Part shown: piece after piece, positions 1 through 10,339 of the stretch | Layout of the letters: each line of letters begins with the position of its first letter | How positions within the stretch are numbered: the first letter of the stretch is position 1 | Assembly (NCBI RefSeq): GCF_036971445.1 | Contig: NC_091471.1 | Location: 260,462,001 to 260,526,000 of the forward strand | DNA length: 64,000 bases | Reading direction: 5' to 3' | Origin: Narcine bancroftii | Lineage: Eukaryota | Notes under the pieces: model-generated | Told to the model about the DNA's origin: nothing | What the model saw: only the letters and a program-made list of their open reading frames with translations | Databases searched by the model: none | Position numbers and translations under genes: made by a program

Positions 1-33
1 ACAGTGGCATTTGAGGGGACTGTAGGCTGGGAG
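1..33 (-). CDS. FKBP8: FKBP8-like coding exon 4 (partial, continues off window)
   Basis: Acceptor tcatcttccaccag|C TCC CAG CCT ACA GTC CCC TCA AAT GCC ACT GT. Phase matches the previous exon (GGC AG|C), giving YGCLGSSQPTVPSNAT, comparable to human FKBP8 YGPQGSRSPYIPPHAA. Confidence 0.75.
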
Positions 34-249
34 CTGGTGGAAGATGAGTGACAGTACAGTAAAAAGAGTGCATGACCTCCACTTCACCGGCTTGTTCCTT
101 TAAAAGAAAAGTCAGTGCTCATACTGGGATAATCCTGTATTAAAACCAAACTTGACTGTGTTGGCTATAGCACTTCAAAATCTAATATGATTCAAATTAA
201 CCTCCCTATGGACAAACCCCACTAAAAACTAAATAAATCAACCAAATGA

Positions 250-1180
250 TTTTTAAAAAATATTTTATTTAAATTCCACACATGCATTAATTCACATACA
301 CATAATATCAATCATATACCACATAATTATAATACAGTACAACTCCAATTATCTGAAATGGTCGGGACCAGGCCTAATTTGGATAAACGTTTTTTTTGTA
401 GAACTGGTCATTTTTTAAAAACAGAGCAGTAGCAACAGCAAATCACTTGAAACTATATTTAAACAAGGAAGAAACAACAAGAGAAGGCTTTTTACACATT
501 AAAATAATGTTTAATTCTCACCAAAAAAAATGCTGGCCATGCTGATCTCCGACACTTCCCTACCATACCAGGATCCCGCTTCTGCCCAGGTGCTTGAGGT
601 CCCCAATGCCACCACTGGGAGCCCGAGGTTCCCACTGCTTCCCAGAGCCCAAGGTTCGCTGCTGCCGCTGGGAGCCTGAGATCCCCGGTCAGTTTGGCTC
701 CAAAATAATTTTGGATAAATGGGGATTCCTGATTTGTTTCAGATATCCTCATTTATCTGAAATTTTTAGAGGACTTCAGAGAATCCAATTTTGGATAATA
801 TGGGTTGTACTGTACATCTTTTATATGTATAAACCCCACCCCCCCCACCATATCCTTCCCCCAGTACCTATAATTTATAAGTATGGACACCAAATTTTCA
901 AGAATGAATCATATGTTTCTTAAATTAAATGAATCTTCTCGAGAGGTAGACAACTACGAATTTCAGCGTGCCATCTATCCAATCCCAAATGCAAATTTGA
1001 TTTCCATGTCACTGCTATACATTTTCTTGCAACTGCTAATGTAATTTTCACAAATTCTTTTTGAAACAAATTAAATTTTCATTTCTGGTCTTATCCCAGA
1101 TTCCCTTATAGGAAAAATATAGGATCTCAAGGGAATTTAACTCCTGTAACCCATTCTAAAAATGTTCCTAGTTCCATCAA
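250..1180 (-). mobile_element. Decayed L1 3' fragment (ORF2 C-terminus and 3'UTR), interrupted by a MITE
   Basis: Minus strand reads like KFVKITLAVARKCIAVTWK...CLPLEKI...KIWCPY, homologous to the L1 ORF2 end at 50414-50656. A G-rich tract and A-rich tail follow. Confidence 0.65.
335..812. mobile_element. Tc1/mariner-superfamily (Tigger/pogo-type) MITE
   Basis: Flanked by TA (333-334, 813-814). Imperfect TIRs: CAGTACAACTCCAATTATCTGAAAT versus reverse complement of right end CAGTACAACCCATATTATCCAAAAT. Confidence 0.75.
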
Positions 1181-1269
1181 GTCAGCTGAGTTGTGAAAAT
1201 GAGTTCTACTCTGTTTCTTTTATGTTAATTTATTGACAGAGGACAATGGGGCCAGGTTTTACTGCCTAA

Positions 1270-1900
1270 CAATAACTGTGTTTGAAAAGGTGGCAGTGAA
1301 TTTCCAACTTGAATTTCTGTAATCCCTTCTGGTGTAGGGTTTAGTCCCAACAACAATGAAAAGCTGGCAACACATTCTTCTAATGGTAGGGTGTGTGATT
1401 GGTGGGAAGCTGCAGTTGCCGATGTTCCTGCTTTCCTGATGCCCTTGATGGTGAAGGTCACATATTTGGAAGATGGTGGAGGGGGAGAATATTTAGGGAG
1501 ATGGCCAGAATCTCAAATCAGGCAAGCTGTTCTCTTTTGCATGTTGTTTAAGTTCCCGAGTGCTGTGGAACTGAACTCATCCAGGGTCAGTATTTCATCA
1601 CACCACTGATTTGCTCCAGTAACTATTGGGAAAGGTTTTGGGTAGACAGGTCGTTGAACTATTTGTGACAGGATGCTCATTCTCTGATTTGGCTGGTCTA
1701 GTCTCTGGTGAATGGGAAATGTTTCAGGGTAGATAGACTGTCTCATTGGAGATGGCCATTGCCTTGCAGTTGTGTGCATGAACGTTCATTGCTACTTAAC
1801 CTCTCATGCCCGAAGACAGCCCAGCTCCATGGAAAGAAATGAATTTGTTCCTTTGAACCTTTAGTCCAGGAACTTAACCATTGCAACACCATCCCCTTTT
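1270..1900 (-). mobile_element. Old decayed LINE RT fragment (CR1/L2 group, uncertain)
   Basis: Remnant peptide STALGNLNNMQKRTACLI resembles the post-RT region of CR1/L2-type LINEs. Heavily degraded. Confidence 0.35.
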
Positions 1901-2004
1901 GATGGGACTGCATGGAAGAACTTTACTCTCGGTGGTATTAATGGTTCTGAGAGATCTGCATTCATGGGAAGAAATAGAGGTGAAGCAGCACAGTGAAAGA
2001 CATA

Positions 2005-2300
2005 CAGTAGCTGTCCTAAAATCCAGACGGCTTAGGGACTGGGTTGGTCCAGATTTTCTGGATTCTCAGGCAGTATTTTTAAAATTCAAATTTAAGGAAG
2101 AATAAAGAGATGAACATGAAAGTTTTGATAGCTTATTAATGAAACATTTTCATATAAAATGCAAAGTACCAAAAAAAGCATATTTATTTGTTCACTTCTG
2201 CTTCTGTTGGTGCTTGTGTATGCAACCCACTAAATTTTAAAAGTTTGAGAGTTTTTGAAAAGTCCTGAATTCTGGCATTCGGATTTTTGGACTTTTACTG
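2005..2300. mobile_element. Tc1/mariner-type MITE
   Basis: TA|CAGTAGCTGTCCTAAAATCC ... GGATTTTTGGACTTTTACTG|TA: imperfect TIRs and TA target duplication. Confidence 0.65.
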
Positions 2301-2302
2301 TA

Positions 2303-2773
2303 GTTTACACAAAAATGTTAGAGAAACTCAGGGTTCCTTATTGAGCAAAGATAAAGGTACATAACCAATGTTTTGGACCAGAGGCCTTCATCAAGGGTAA
2401 AATGCAGAGAGGCACCTGAATAAAATGGTGGATGGAAGGGTACAGGGTCACAAGCAGGTCATAGGCAGATATGGGAAGGAGGGCACAAAAGGAAAAAAAA
2501 GCTGAGGAGTGATGGGGGAGGGAATAGCTCTCTGAATGGAGAGGGAAGGTGGTGGAGAGCTGGAGCAAAGGAGACAGACCCTGGGCCCCTCTCCCCACAA
2601 TTTTATTTAGGCGCCTGCTTGCTTTTTGTTCATCCCTTAATGAAGGGTTCAAGCCCAAAACATTGATTAGGTATACTTATCTTTGTTGCAAAAAGAACAC
2701 TGCGCGACTTGCCGAGTTTCTCCAACATTTTTGTGCAAACTCCAATCACAGTGCCTGTAGATTTGCTTGTTGA
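2303..2773. mobile_element. Penelope-derived repeat as an inverted pair (minus copy ~2303-2578, plus copy ~2580-2773)
   Basis: tttacacaaaaatgttagagaaactcag (left) versus ccgagtttctccaacatttttgtgcaaa (right). Both arms carry the TGATGAAGG..(G/A)AAAC motif also found downstream of the GIY-YIG remnants at 8720-9290. Confidence 0.65.
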
Positions 2774-2838
2774 ACAGTGAAAGACATAGTCCATTGTTTC
2801 CAATGGTTCAGCTTTAATGAGAGGCTCTCGGGACCTAC

Positions 2839-2927
2839 CTGCCCAAACAGCCATAGGCATACTTGGCATCAGAGATAATTAATGCCACTTCCCCTGGGTC
2901 CATCAACTGGATGCAAAGATCCAATGC
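2839..2927 (-). CDS. FKBP8: FKBP8-like coding exon 3 (FKBP domain; ALDLCIQLMDPGEVALIISDAKYAYGCLG)
   Basis: Acceptor (ct)n-cag|GCA and donor GGCAG|gtaggt; 89 nt; typical FKBP 'M..GE.A......YAYG' motif. Confidence 0.92.
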
Positions 2928-3017
2928 CTGAGAGAGAGAGATGGACATTGAAACAAATTCCTCAAAAAACCTGCACCTGCAAAGACACAAAGGTACCAAC
3001 TGCTTACCAGCACCAAC

Positions 3018-3187
3018 CTGGATAACATCCCCATCCCCCACTGTGAAAGTGAGGGAGGGATCGTCCTCTACCTCTGTTCCATCCTCCAGTGTCATCTTCA
3101 GCCACACTGTTACATTCTGTCCTTTTTGTGGTCTTGGCTCCTGATTCTGACCTGCTATCAGAACTTTCTTCCTCAGCAGCTCATTCC
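3018..3187 (-). CDS. FKBP8: FKBP8-like coding exon 2 (GNELLRKKVL...RPQKGQNVTV...FTVGDGDVIQ)
   Basis: Acceptor ttttactgcag|GG AAT and donor ATC CAG|gttggt; 170 nt. Matches human FKBP8 GNGLLRKK..RPVKGQVVTV..FTLGDCDVIQ as recalled. Confidence 0.92.
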
Positions 3188-3371
3188 CTGCAGTAAAACA
3201 CATACATCAATCCCATGACGTATCTATTCTGTAAGACATGCTGGCTTAAAGATAAGTGGAGAGAGTCAAGCTTTTTTTTAATATACAAGAATGTCCACAG
3301 ATGCTGTGGCCATAGTGCAATGAACAAGAGTGCCTGGAGAAACCCAGTAAGTCAAGCAGCATCCATAGAAA

Positions 3372-3625
3372 GGGTGGCACAGCGTAGCGATTAACATGAT
3401 TCTGTTACAACGCCAGAGACCTGGATTCAAATCTCGCGCTGTCTGTAAGAAGTTTGTACGTCATCCCCATGTCTGCATGCGTTTCCTCCCACCGTTTAAA
3501 AAAATGTACCAGGGGGGTGGGTGTTATAGGTCAATTGGGTGTAATTAGGTGGCATGGGCTTCTGAGCTGACAGGGCCTGTTACTGTGTTGTGTGTCTAAA
3601 ATTAAATTAAAAAAATTAAAATTTA
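3372..3625 (+). mobile_element. tRNA-derived V-SINE (HE1-like)
   Basis: GGGTGGCACAG start, B-box-like GATTCAAATC, V-core-like tttgtacgt..ccccatgtctgc..gtttcctcc, TAAA-rich tail. Homologous copies occur elsewhere in the window. Confidence 0.7.
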
Positions 3626-3671
3626 AAGCAAAGATCAATGTTTTGGGCCTGAGCCCCTCGTCAAAGTAGAG

Positions 3672-3904
3672 CAGTCATTCTCAACCTTTTTTTGGGGGCT
3701 ATGACACCCTTAGGACTCTGCTCAAAGTTTAAGTGCCCCCTTCCTTGTGAAGTAATCATGTTTTGGCTTCTTCAATACGTTTCTCCTACTGACTAGATAA
3801 AAAATATTTAAATTATGTGAAGTGGAACGAAATCAAGGTTTTTACTTCAATGTGCTGTGCCCCCTCCACCAATGAGGCTGTAGGGCCCCCATTGAGAATG
3901 GCTG
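3672..3904. mobile_element. hAT (Charlie/MER5-like) MITE
   Basis: TIRs CAGTCATTCTCAA / TTGAGAATGGCTG; degenerate 8-bp TSD aagtagag / aggtacag. Confidence 0.6.
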
Positions 3905-5047
3905 AGGTACAGCATTTAGCTTTTTGACTCTAGCTTTTAAGGATGATTCTCTGGCTCCAGTTTAACTTTTTCTAACCAATCCCCATACCCCTGAATGTCC
4001 AAAGTTCTACTGTCTCTGTCTGGGATACACTGAACTTTCACAGCCCACTGGAAGGCTATGAAAAGAAATCGCTCTCTTTTCGGTCCCAAATTTGAGTGCC
4101 CCTTCCTTTGTTCTAGATTCTCCGGAGAAGAAAGAGCTTCTCCACATCCAACATGTCACCCCCCCCCCCCCTCAAAATCATACGCATCATCACCTCTCAT
4201 TCACAACTCCAGTGAGAGTCTGCTGAGCTTCCCCAAATGCTCTTCATTTAGAAATCAGCACTGCACTGTGGTTTGACAAAATCCAGTGCAATCTCAGCAA
4301 AACATCTTTCCTCCTGAACACCAACCCTTTGCAATAAAAAGACCAAATACACCACTTGCTGCAGAGTAACTTTTTCCACATCTCAACTCCTTATCCACTA
4401 ACATTTACTGGGTTATGCAGAACTTCATTTCCCATATTGTCCTCTATCTGTCACTTTCTTGGTCAATTCCTTTGACAATCATATTCTTTTGCAGACTGCG
4501 TTCTTCTTACTGCTCACTTTCCATGGGACTGCTATCATGCTCTTGAATCAAACAGAATTCTGACCACTCAACGCCAGGATGTACATACTGCACAAAGGGA
4601 AATTGTATGGGATTGTTGCAGAACCTCAGCCTGTGTAAAAAGGGAAAACCCCAGCAGAAACATTTTAATGTCGGGATTGTTAAAACTTAAAAGCATTATG
4701 CTTATAATCACAAATTAAAAACAGCAGAGGTAGCCTCAGTTCAAGACAATACTTTTGACAATGCAGCCTTCTGGCAATCTCAGTCCTATGAACAGGACAC
4801 TCCATTAAAACCCCTGTTATCCTCAATTCAAACAAATGGCAAAAAACAAATAACAGAAAATAAATAGGTAAAAAAATAAGGGTATTTAAAACTGATGTGC
4901 CCTGCCGATAGTTCGCCAATCATGCAACATCAAGCAACTGGAAATTTTCACTTATCCAGCATCTATTAATCCCAATAGGTGCTGGATACGAGGGGTTTTA
5001 CTGTACTTCAGGAAGGCCAGTTGTGTGTAAGGATAGATGTGCCGTAC

Positions 5048-5366
5048 CAAGAACCTGCATCCATTCCTCATCAGGTTTGTGGGAACTGTCCAGGCTTCTT
5101 GCTTCATCTTGTGCCTCACCGCTGTTGGGTTCTGAACTTTTCTGATCATCACCCAGGACCTCAGGCTCCTCGGAGAACCCAATGTCTTCCAGAGATGGGG
5201 GATCATTAGAATCGTCCTCATCTGTGTCACCATTAGGGCTCTCGATGTCATCGTCACTTGCGAGGAGCGAAGAAGGCGTGAGTGGAGGGTCACTCTGCTT
5301 GATCCCTGGTGCTTGCAGATTTGTATCTCCGGCGGCTTCCTGAGATCCCCAGCTCATCTCATCCAT
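5048..5366 (-). CDS. FKBP8: FKBP8-like first coding exon (acidic N-terminus to EEWMQVLG); exon starts at 5379
   Basis: Acceptor aaattgcag|gttttgatcaagaATG with an in-frame TGA just upstream of the ATG. PPSLEDIG matches human LPPLEDMG and EEWMQVLG matches EEWLDILG. Donor CTT G|gtacgg is phase 1, matching the next exon. Confidence 0.88.
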
Positions 5367-5916
5367 TCTTGATCAAAACCTGCAATTTAAAAATTATTCA
5401 TATCTCTCTCGATCATCATGTCTCATACTCCTTCCATGCCCATTAACTCCATCCATCCTCTCCCTCCCATATAAAATTGCTTTCCATCTTTACCTCCCTT
5501 AACCTCCTCAACCCATGTTTCTCCCTCTTTTCCCCACTCCCATCTCATTTCCACTCTGCAAATCCATCCTATCTCTTCCCTTCTGCCTCCCGTCTCTCTC
5601 TGCCTTTCTCCTTGGTCTTTATCTCCCATTCTCGATCACACCTCTCCTCCACCAATTCTTACTCTATCCCTGTTTCTCACTTCCCTCTGAAAACCTCTTC
5701 TTTCCTTATATCCCCATCTCTCTATCACTTACATCTCTCCTTCCATCACTCTGCTCCTTCTCACCCTGTACCATCTGGTTCTCCATCTCCTCTGTCCCCT
5801 TTCCTCCCCTGTCCCTCTCTTTATATCCCCTATCATATCCACTCATTCCTCCCTTTCTCTCCAACCCTCTCCTTTCAATTATTCAGCCCACCTTCCTCCC
5901 TCTCACCTGCTCTTCC

Positions 5917-6678
5917 TCTCCCCCCTCGCCGCCCCTCCCCCCTCGCCGCCCCTCCCCCCTCGCCACCCCTCCCCCTCGCCGCCCCTCCCCCCTCGCCGCC
6001 CCTCCCCCCTCGCCGCCCCTCCCCCCTCGCCGCCCCTCCCCCCTCGCCGCCCCTCCCCCCTCGCCGCCCCTCCCCCCTCGCCGCCCCTCCCCCCTCGCCG
6101 CCCCTCCCCCCTCGCCGCCCCTCCCCCCTCGCCGCCCCTCCCCCCTCGCCGCCCCTCCCCCCTCGCCGCCCCTCCCCCCTCGCCGCCCCTCCCCCCTCGC
6201 CGCCCCTCCCCCCTCGCCGCCCCTCCCCCCTCGCCGCCCCTCCCCCCTCGCCGCCCCTCCCCCCTCGCCGCCCCTCCCCCCTCGCCGCCCCTCCCCCCTC
6301 GCCGCCCCTCCCCCCTCGCCGCCCCTCCCCCCTCGCCGCCCCTCCCCCCTCGCCGCCCCTCCCCCCTCGCCGCCCCTCCCCCCTCGCCGCCCCTCCCCCT
6401 CGCCGCCCCTCCCCCCTCGCCGCCCCTCCCCCTCGCCGCCCCTCCCCCTCGCCGCCCCTCCCCCCTCGCCGCCCCTCCCCCTCGCCGCCCCTCCCCCCTC
6501 GCCGCCCCTCCCCCCTCGCCGCCCCTCCCCCCTCGCCGCCCCTCCCCCTCGCCGCCCCTCCCCCTCGCCGCCCCTCCCCCCTCGCCGCCCCTCCCCCCTC
6601 GCCGCCCCTCCCCCTCGCCGCCCCTCCCCCCTCGCCGCCCCTCCCCCTCGCCGCCCCTCCCCCCTCGCCGCCCCTCCC
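5917..6678. repeat. GC-rich minisatellite, unit ~CCCCCTCGCCGCCCCTC (16-18 bp, variable C-run), roughly 44 copies
   Basis: Directly visible. It sits within a ~1.9 kb pyrimidine-rich tract (5400-7250) and produces the spurious Pro-rich and Gly/Arg-rich ORFs. Confidence 0.97.
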
Positions 6679-7143
6679 TCTCTCCAGCCCTTCCTTCAGA
6701 CCCCCTCTCTTCCTCAATCCCACTCCCACCTTTCCTGACCCTCTTCCTCCTTCACTGTCCCCCACCCCATGTCCCTCCTCTCTCCCTTTGTCCCTCACTC
6801 CCTGCCTCTTTCTGTCTCACTCTTCTTCCATACCCTCCCTCTCCTTCCTTGTGTTTCCCCCTCTCACCCTTTCCACCTGTTGCCCCCACCCCATCTCTCT
6901 CAGGGCATATCCCTCCCCTTTGCTTCGTTGTCCACCTTTTTCTATAAACCTTGCTCACCTCTCTCTCTCTCTCTCCTCCCTTCTACCCCTCCCATGTACC
7001 ACCCTTTGACCCACCTTCCCACTTTCTCTGTTCCTCCCTCTCTCATTTGATCCTCCCCTTCCCTTTCTCCCATACCCTTCCCTGTCTCTCTTCGTCCTTG
7101 TGCCCTTCCCTCTCCTTCTCTCTCCCTCCATTTACACCCCCTT

Positions 7144-7145
<2 letters not shown>

Positions 7146-7177
<32 letters not shown>
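7146..7177. repeat. (CT)n microsatellite
   Basis: Directly visible. Confidence 0.9.
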
Positions 7178-7181
<4 letters not shown>

Positions 7182-7249
7182 CTCCTTCCTTCCTTCCCTC
7201 CCTCTATTCTACTTCCTCGCCTCGCCTTCTCTCCATCTCTCGCCCACCC

Positions 7250-7410
7250 TGGATGCTGCCCGATCCGCTGAGTTTCCGCTCGGGGTCTCCACGCCACACA
7301 CTTTGACATCCCTCACCCTCCTCGGTTCCGCTCCTCACTCAAAGGGACCCGCCTCCCCCGAGCAGGTCAGAGGTGTAGATTGCGCATTCCTCGTGGTGAT
7401 TGGTCACTCT
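7250..7410 (-). promoter_or_regulatory. Candidate CpG-rich FKBP8 promoter / non-coding first exon
   Basis: Local CpG enrichment, CCAAT (7399-7403), GC-box-like GGAGGCGGG (7348-7356), two CGGAA motifs, and a minus-strand donor AGG|GTGAGG at 7317/7316. Confidence 0.4.
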
Positions 7411-7488
7411 GGCTGTCAATCAGATCGTTTTCCGCTTCCTTGAATCCTTCGATGGGGAAGAGCAGTGGGACTCGTCTGGAGTGGAGTG

Positions 7489-7602
7489 GTGCACGCCTGG
7501 CCCGTGCACGCCTGGCCCGTGCACGCCTGGCCCGTGCACGCCTGGCCCGTGCACGCCTGGCCCGTGCACGCCTGGCCCGTGCACGCCTGGCCCGTGCACG
7601 CC
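7489..7602. repeat. Perfect 15-bp tandem repeat (GTGCACGCCTGGCCC) x7.6
   Basis: Seven full identical units plus a 9-nt partial unit. Confidence 0.97.
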
Positions 7603-7891
7603 AGACCTGGCCAGTGCATACCTCTCCCACTTCCATCCGCATCACTCCACTCCCCTTGTACCTGATGCATGGCTCCTCCTAACGGTGGACCTTCCACCTC
7701 CCACCCCCGCTCTCATTTTAAAACCTTGAATGTATGTCTATGTGCAAACCAACCCAGATTCAGAGGTACAACCCTGATTCTTTTTCCTAAGGAGTAGGCT
7801 GAATTACTACTTATTGATAGTACATAACCTACAAGTAATCAAATAAAGGAATATAAGCAAACTGCAATACAGAGAGAAAAAAGTCAATAAA

Positions 7892-8715
7892 GGGCACACA
7901 AAACTCAAAACGGTCAACCAGTTTACCTATCTTGGCTGCACCATTTCATCAGATGCAAGGATCGACAACGAGATAGACAACAGACTCGCCAAGGCAAATA
8001 GCGCCTTTGGAAGACTACACAAAAGGGTCTGGAAAAACAACCAACTGAAAAACCTCACAAAGATAAGCGTATACAGAGCCGTTGTCATACCCACACTCCT
8101 GTTCGGCTCCGAATCATGGGTCCTCTACCGGCATCACCTACGGCTCCTAGAACGCTTCCACCAGCATTGTCTCTGCTCCATCCTCAACATTCATTGGAGA
8201 GCCTTCATCCCTAACGTCGAAGTACTCGAGATGGCAGAGGCCGACAGCATCGAGTCCACGCTGCTGAAGATCCAGCTGCGCTGGGTGGGTCACGTCTCCA
8301 GAATGGAGGACCATCGCCTTCCCAAGATCGTGTTATATGGCGAGCTCTCCACTGGCCACCGTGACAGAGGTGCACCAAAGAAGAGGTACAAGGACTGCCT
8401 AAAGAAATCTCTTGGTGCCTGCCACATTGACCACCGCCAGTGGGCTGATATCGCCTCAAACCATGCATCTTGGTGCCTCACAGTTCGGCGGGCAGCAACT
8501 TCCTTTGAAGAAGACCGCAGAGCCCACCTCACTGACAAAAGACAAAGGAGGAAAAACCCAACACCCAACCCCAACAAACCAATTTTCCCCTGCAACCGCT
8601 GCAACCGTGTCTGCCTGTCCCGCATCGGACTTGTCAGCCACAAACGAGCCTGCAGCTGACATGGACATTTACCCCCTCCATAAATCTTCATCTGCGAAGC
8701 CAAGCCAAAGAAGAA
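7892..8715 (+). mobile_element. RTE-clade LINE, 5'-truncated, young
   Basis: Uninterrupted frame 7892-8659 (FTYLG, KANSAFGRL, QLRWVGHVSRM, C-terminal CxxC..SRIGLVSH..C), short 3'UTR ending GCGAAGCCAAGCCAAAGAAGAA. Confidence 0.9.
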
Positions 8716-8719
8716 ATGA

Positions 8720-9290
8720 GTTTGCGATCCAGAGGACTTATTTATTGCATCCTTTGTGGCATTCTCTACATCAGAGAGACTGGACACTGACTGGGAGATC
8801 ACTTCGCTCTCCGTCCACAACTACAGTGACCTCCCAGTGGCCAACCACTTCAATCCTGGGTCACAGTCCTGCATTCACATGTCTGTCCATGGCCTGATGT
8901 ACTGTCCCACCCAGACCACTTGCAGTTTGGAGGAACAACACGTTATTTTCCATCTGGGCACCCTCCAGCCATATGTCATGAACATTAACCATTGCTTTCC
9001 ATTAAACCTGCTTGCCTTTTCTTCCCCCCCCCCACCCCCTTTCCATTTCCTGCCTTTCCAGTTCTTTCAACTACACATAGCCCTGCCTTTCCATCGCCCC
9101 TCAGTGCTACTGTCCCCCTTCTCCACCTATCATCTCCTTCCCCCTCCCACTCTGACACTCACCAGCATTTTCTCATACTTTGCTGAAGGGCTCAAGACTG
9201 AAACGTCAGTTATGTATCTCTGCCTTTGCGACATACAAACAGGACACTGACCTGCTGAGTCTTTCCAGCATTGTGTGTTTTTACTTCAAC
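8720..9290 (+). mobile_element. Penelope-like element 3' fragment (GIY-YIG endonuclease remnant and tail)
   Basis: Remnants LYIRETGH..DLPVANHFN..MSVHGL..LEEQHVIFHLGTLQP typical of PLE GIY-YIG, followed by a pyrimidine-rich UTR and a hammerhead-like motif at 9177-9210. Confidence 0.75.
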
Positions 9291-9294
9291 CGGG

Positions 9295-10290
9295 GATCCA
9301 CATAATTCTGTGTTTTCCCCCTGATTGAGTTTGTTGTTGGAGGGGTAGCATATGCCTCTTTCCTGATGGCAGGAGCGAAAACAGAGCTTGATGATGGCTA
9401 TTACTCTCTGATGGCAGCGTTCCCTGTAGATGTTCTCGACGGTGCACCTGTGATGTCCTGGGGTGTGCCCATTACTTATTGCAGGGCTTTGCACTCAGGA
9501 GTATTGGTATCCCCATACCAGACCGCAATGCAGCCAGTCAGCACACTTTCCGCCGGACATCTACAGAAATTTCCCAGGGTTTCTGATGACATACCAAACC
9601 TCTGCAAACTCTGAGGAAGTAGAGGTGCTGTCGTGCTTCTGGTGAATCTGGGCTAACCCACTGGGCCAACCTAATGCTTTATTTCCCGCTTATCAGCAGT
9701 GTTAGATTTAGGCACCATTGGACAAATATACACAAAACTCTCTTTCCTTGTATGCATCAACCCTGCAAATTTCAGCCTCAACATTACCCCCATTTCAAAA
9801 TAAATAAAAATAGTGCAAGAAAAGACAAAGTGTTTGTGTCTGTGGTTTATTGTTCATTCAGGAATTTGATGGCAATGGGGAAGAAGCTGTCCTTGTGCTG
9901 AGTGCTCATCCAGCACCTGCACCTTCTGGGAGCAGAATGAAGAGGGCATGGCTGGATGATGGGGGTCCTTGAGGATAGAGGCTGCTTTCTTAAGACACCA
10001 ATCTCCTCAATGGAGTGAAGTCTGGTGCCTTTGATGTCACAGGCTGAATTAGCAACCCCCTGGAGTTATTTCTTGTCCTGAGCATTAACACCATTGTACC
10101 AGACAGTGATGCAACCACCAGAAGGCTCTCCATGATACACCTGTAGAAATTTTTGAGTGTTCAGTGATCTCCTCAAACTCCTCAAGAAGTATAACCGTTT
10201 GCAAGTTGCCTTCATCGACATGGAGGCTCCAGGACAGATCCTTGGAGATGTTGACACCAATGAATTTGAAGTTCATATTCCTGGGTGTCA
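9295..10290 (-). mobile_element. Two Rex1/Babar-type LINE 3' fragments
   Basis: FKFIGVNISKDLSWS, KRLYFLRSLRR and CITVWYNG motifs of the Rex/Babar RT C-terminus. Confidence 0.7.
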
Positions 10291-10339
10291 ACATAGTTAA
10301 TGTAATAACTATATCTGATTCCACCATTTTTCCTTTCAC

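Noticed and set aside
77-97. Possible extra FKBP8 mini-exon (ttttcttttaaag|GAACAAG...GGAG|gtcatg)
   Set aside because: It would leave a ~43-nt intron with a weak donor, and read-through to the next exon is out of frame.
5477-7009. 510-aa and 407-aa Pro-rich ORFs and 307-aa Gly/Arg-rich ORF
   Set aside because: Translations of a stop-free minisatellite and pyrimidine tract, open in several frames and on both strands.
7367-7729. (RARRA)n protamine-like, (CTPGP)n and (VHAWP)n ORFs; CRISPR-like look
   Set aside because: Products of the 15-bp tandem repeat. There are no spacers and the DNA is eukaryotic.
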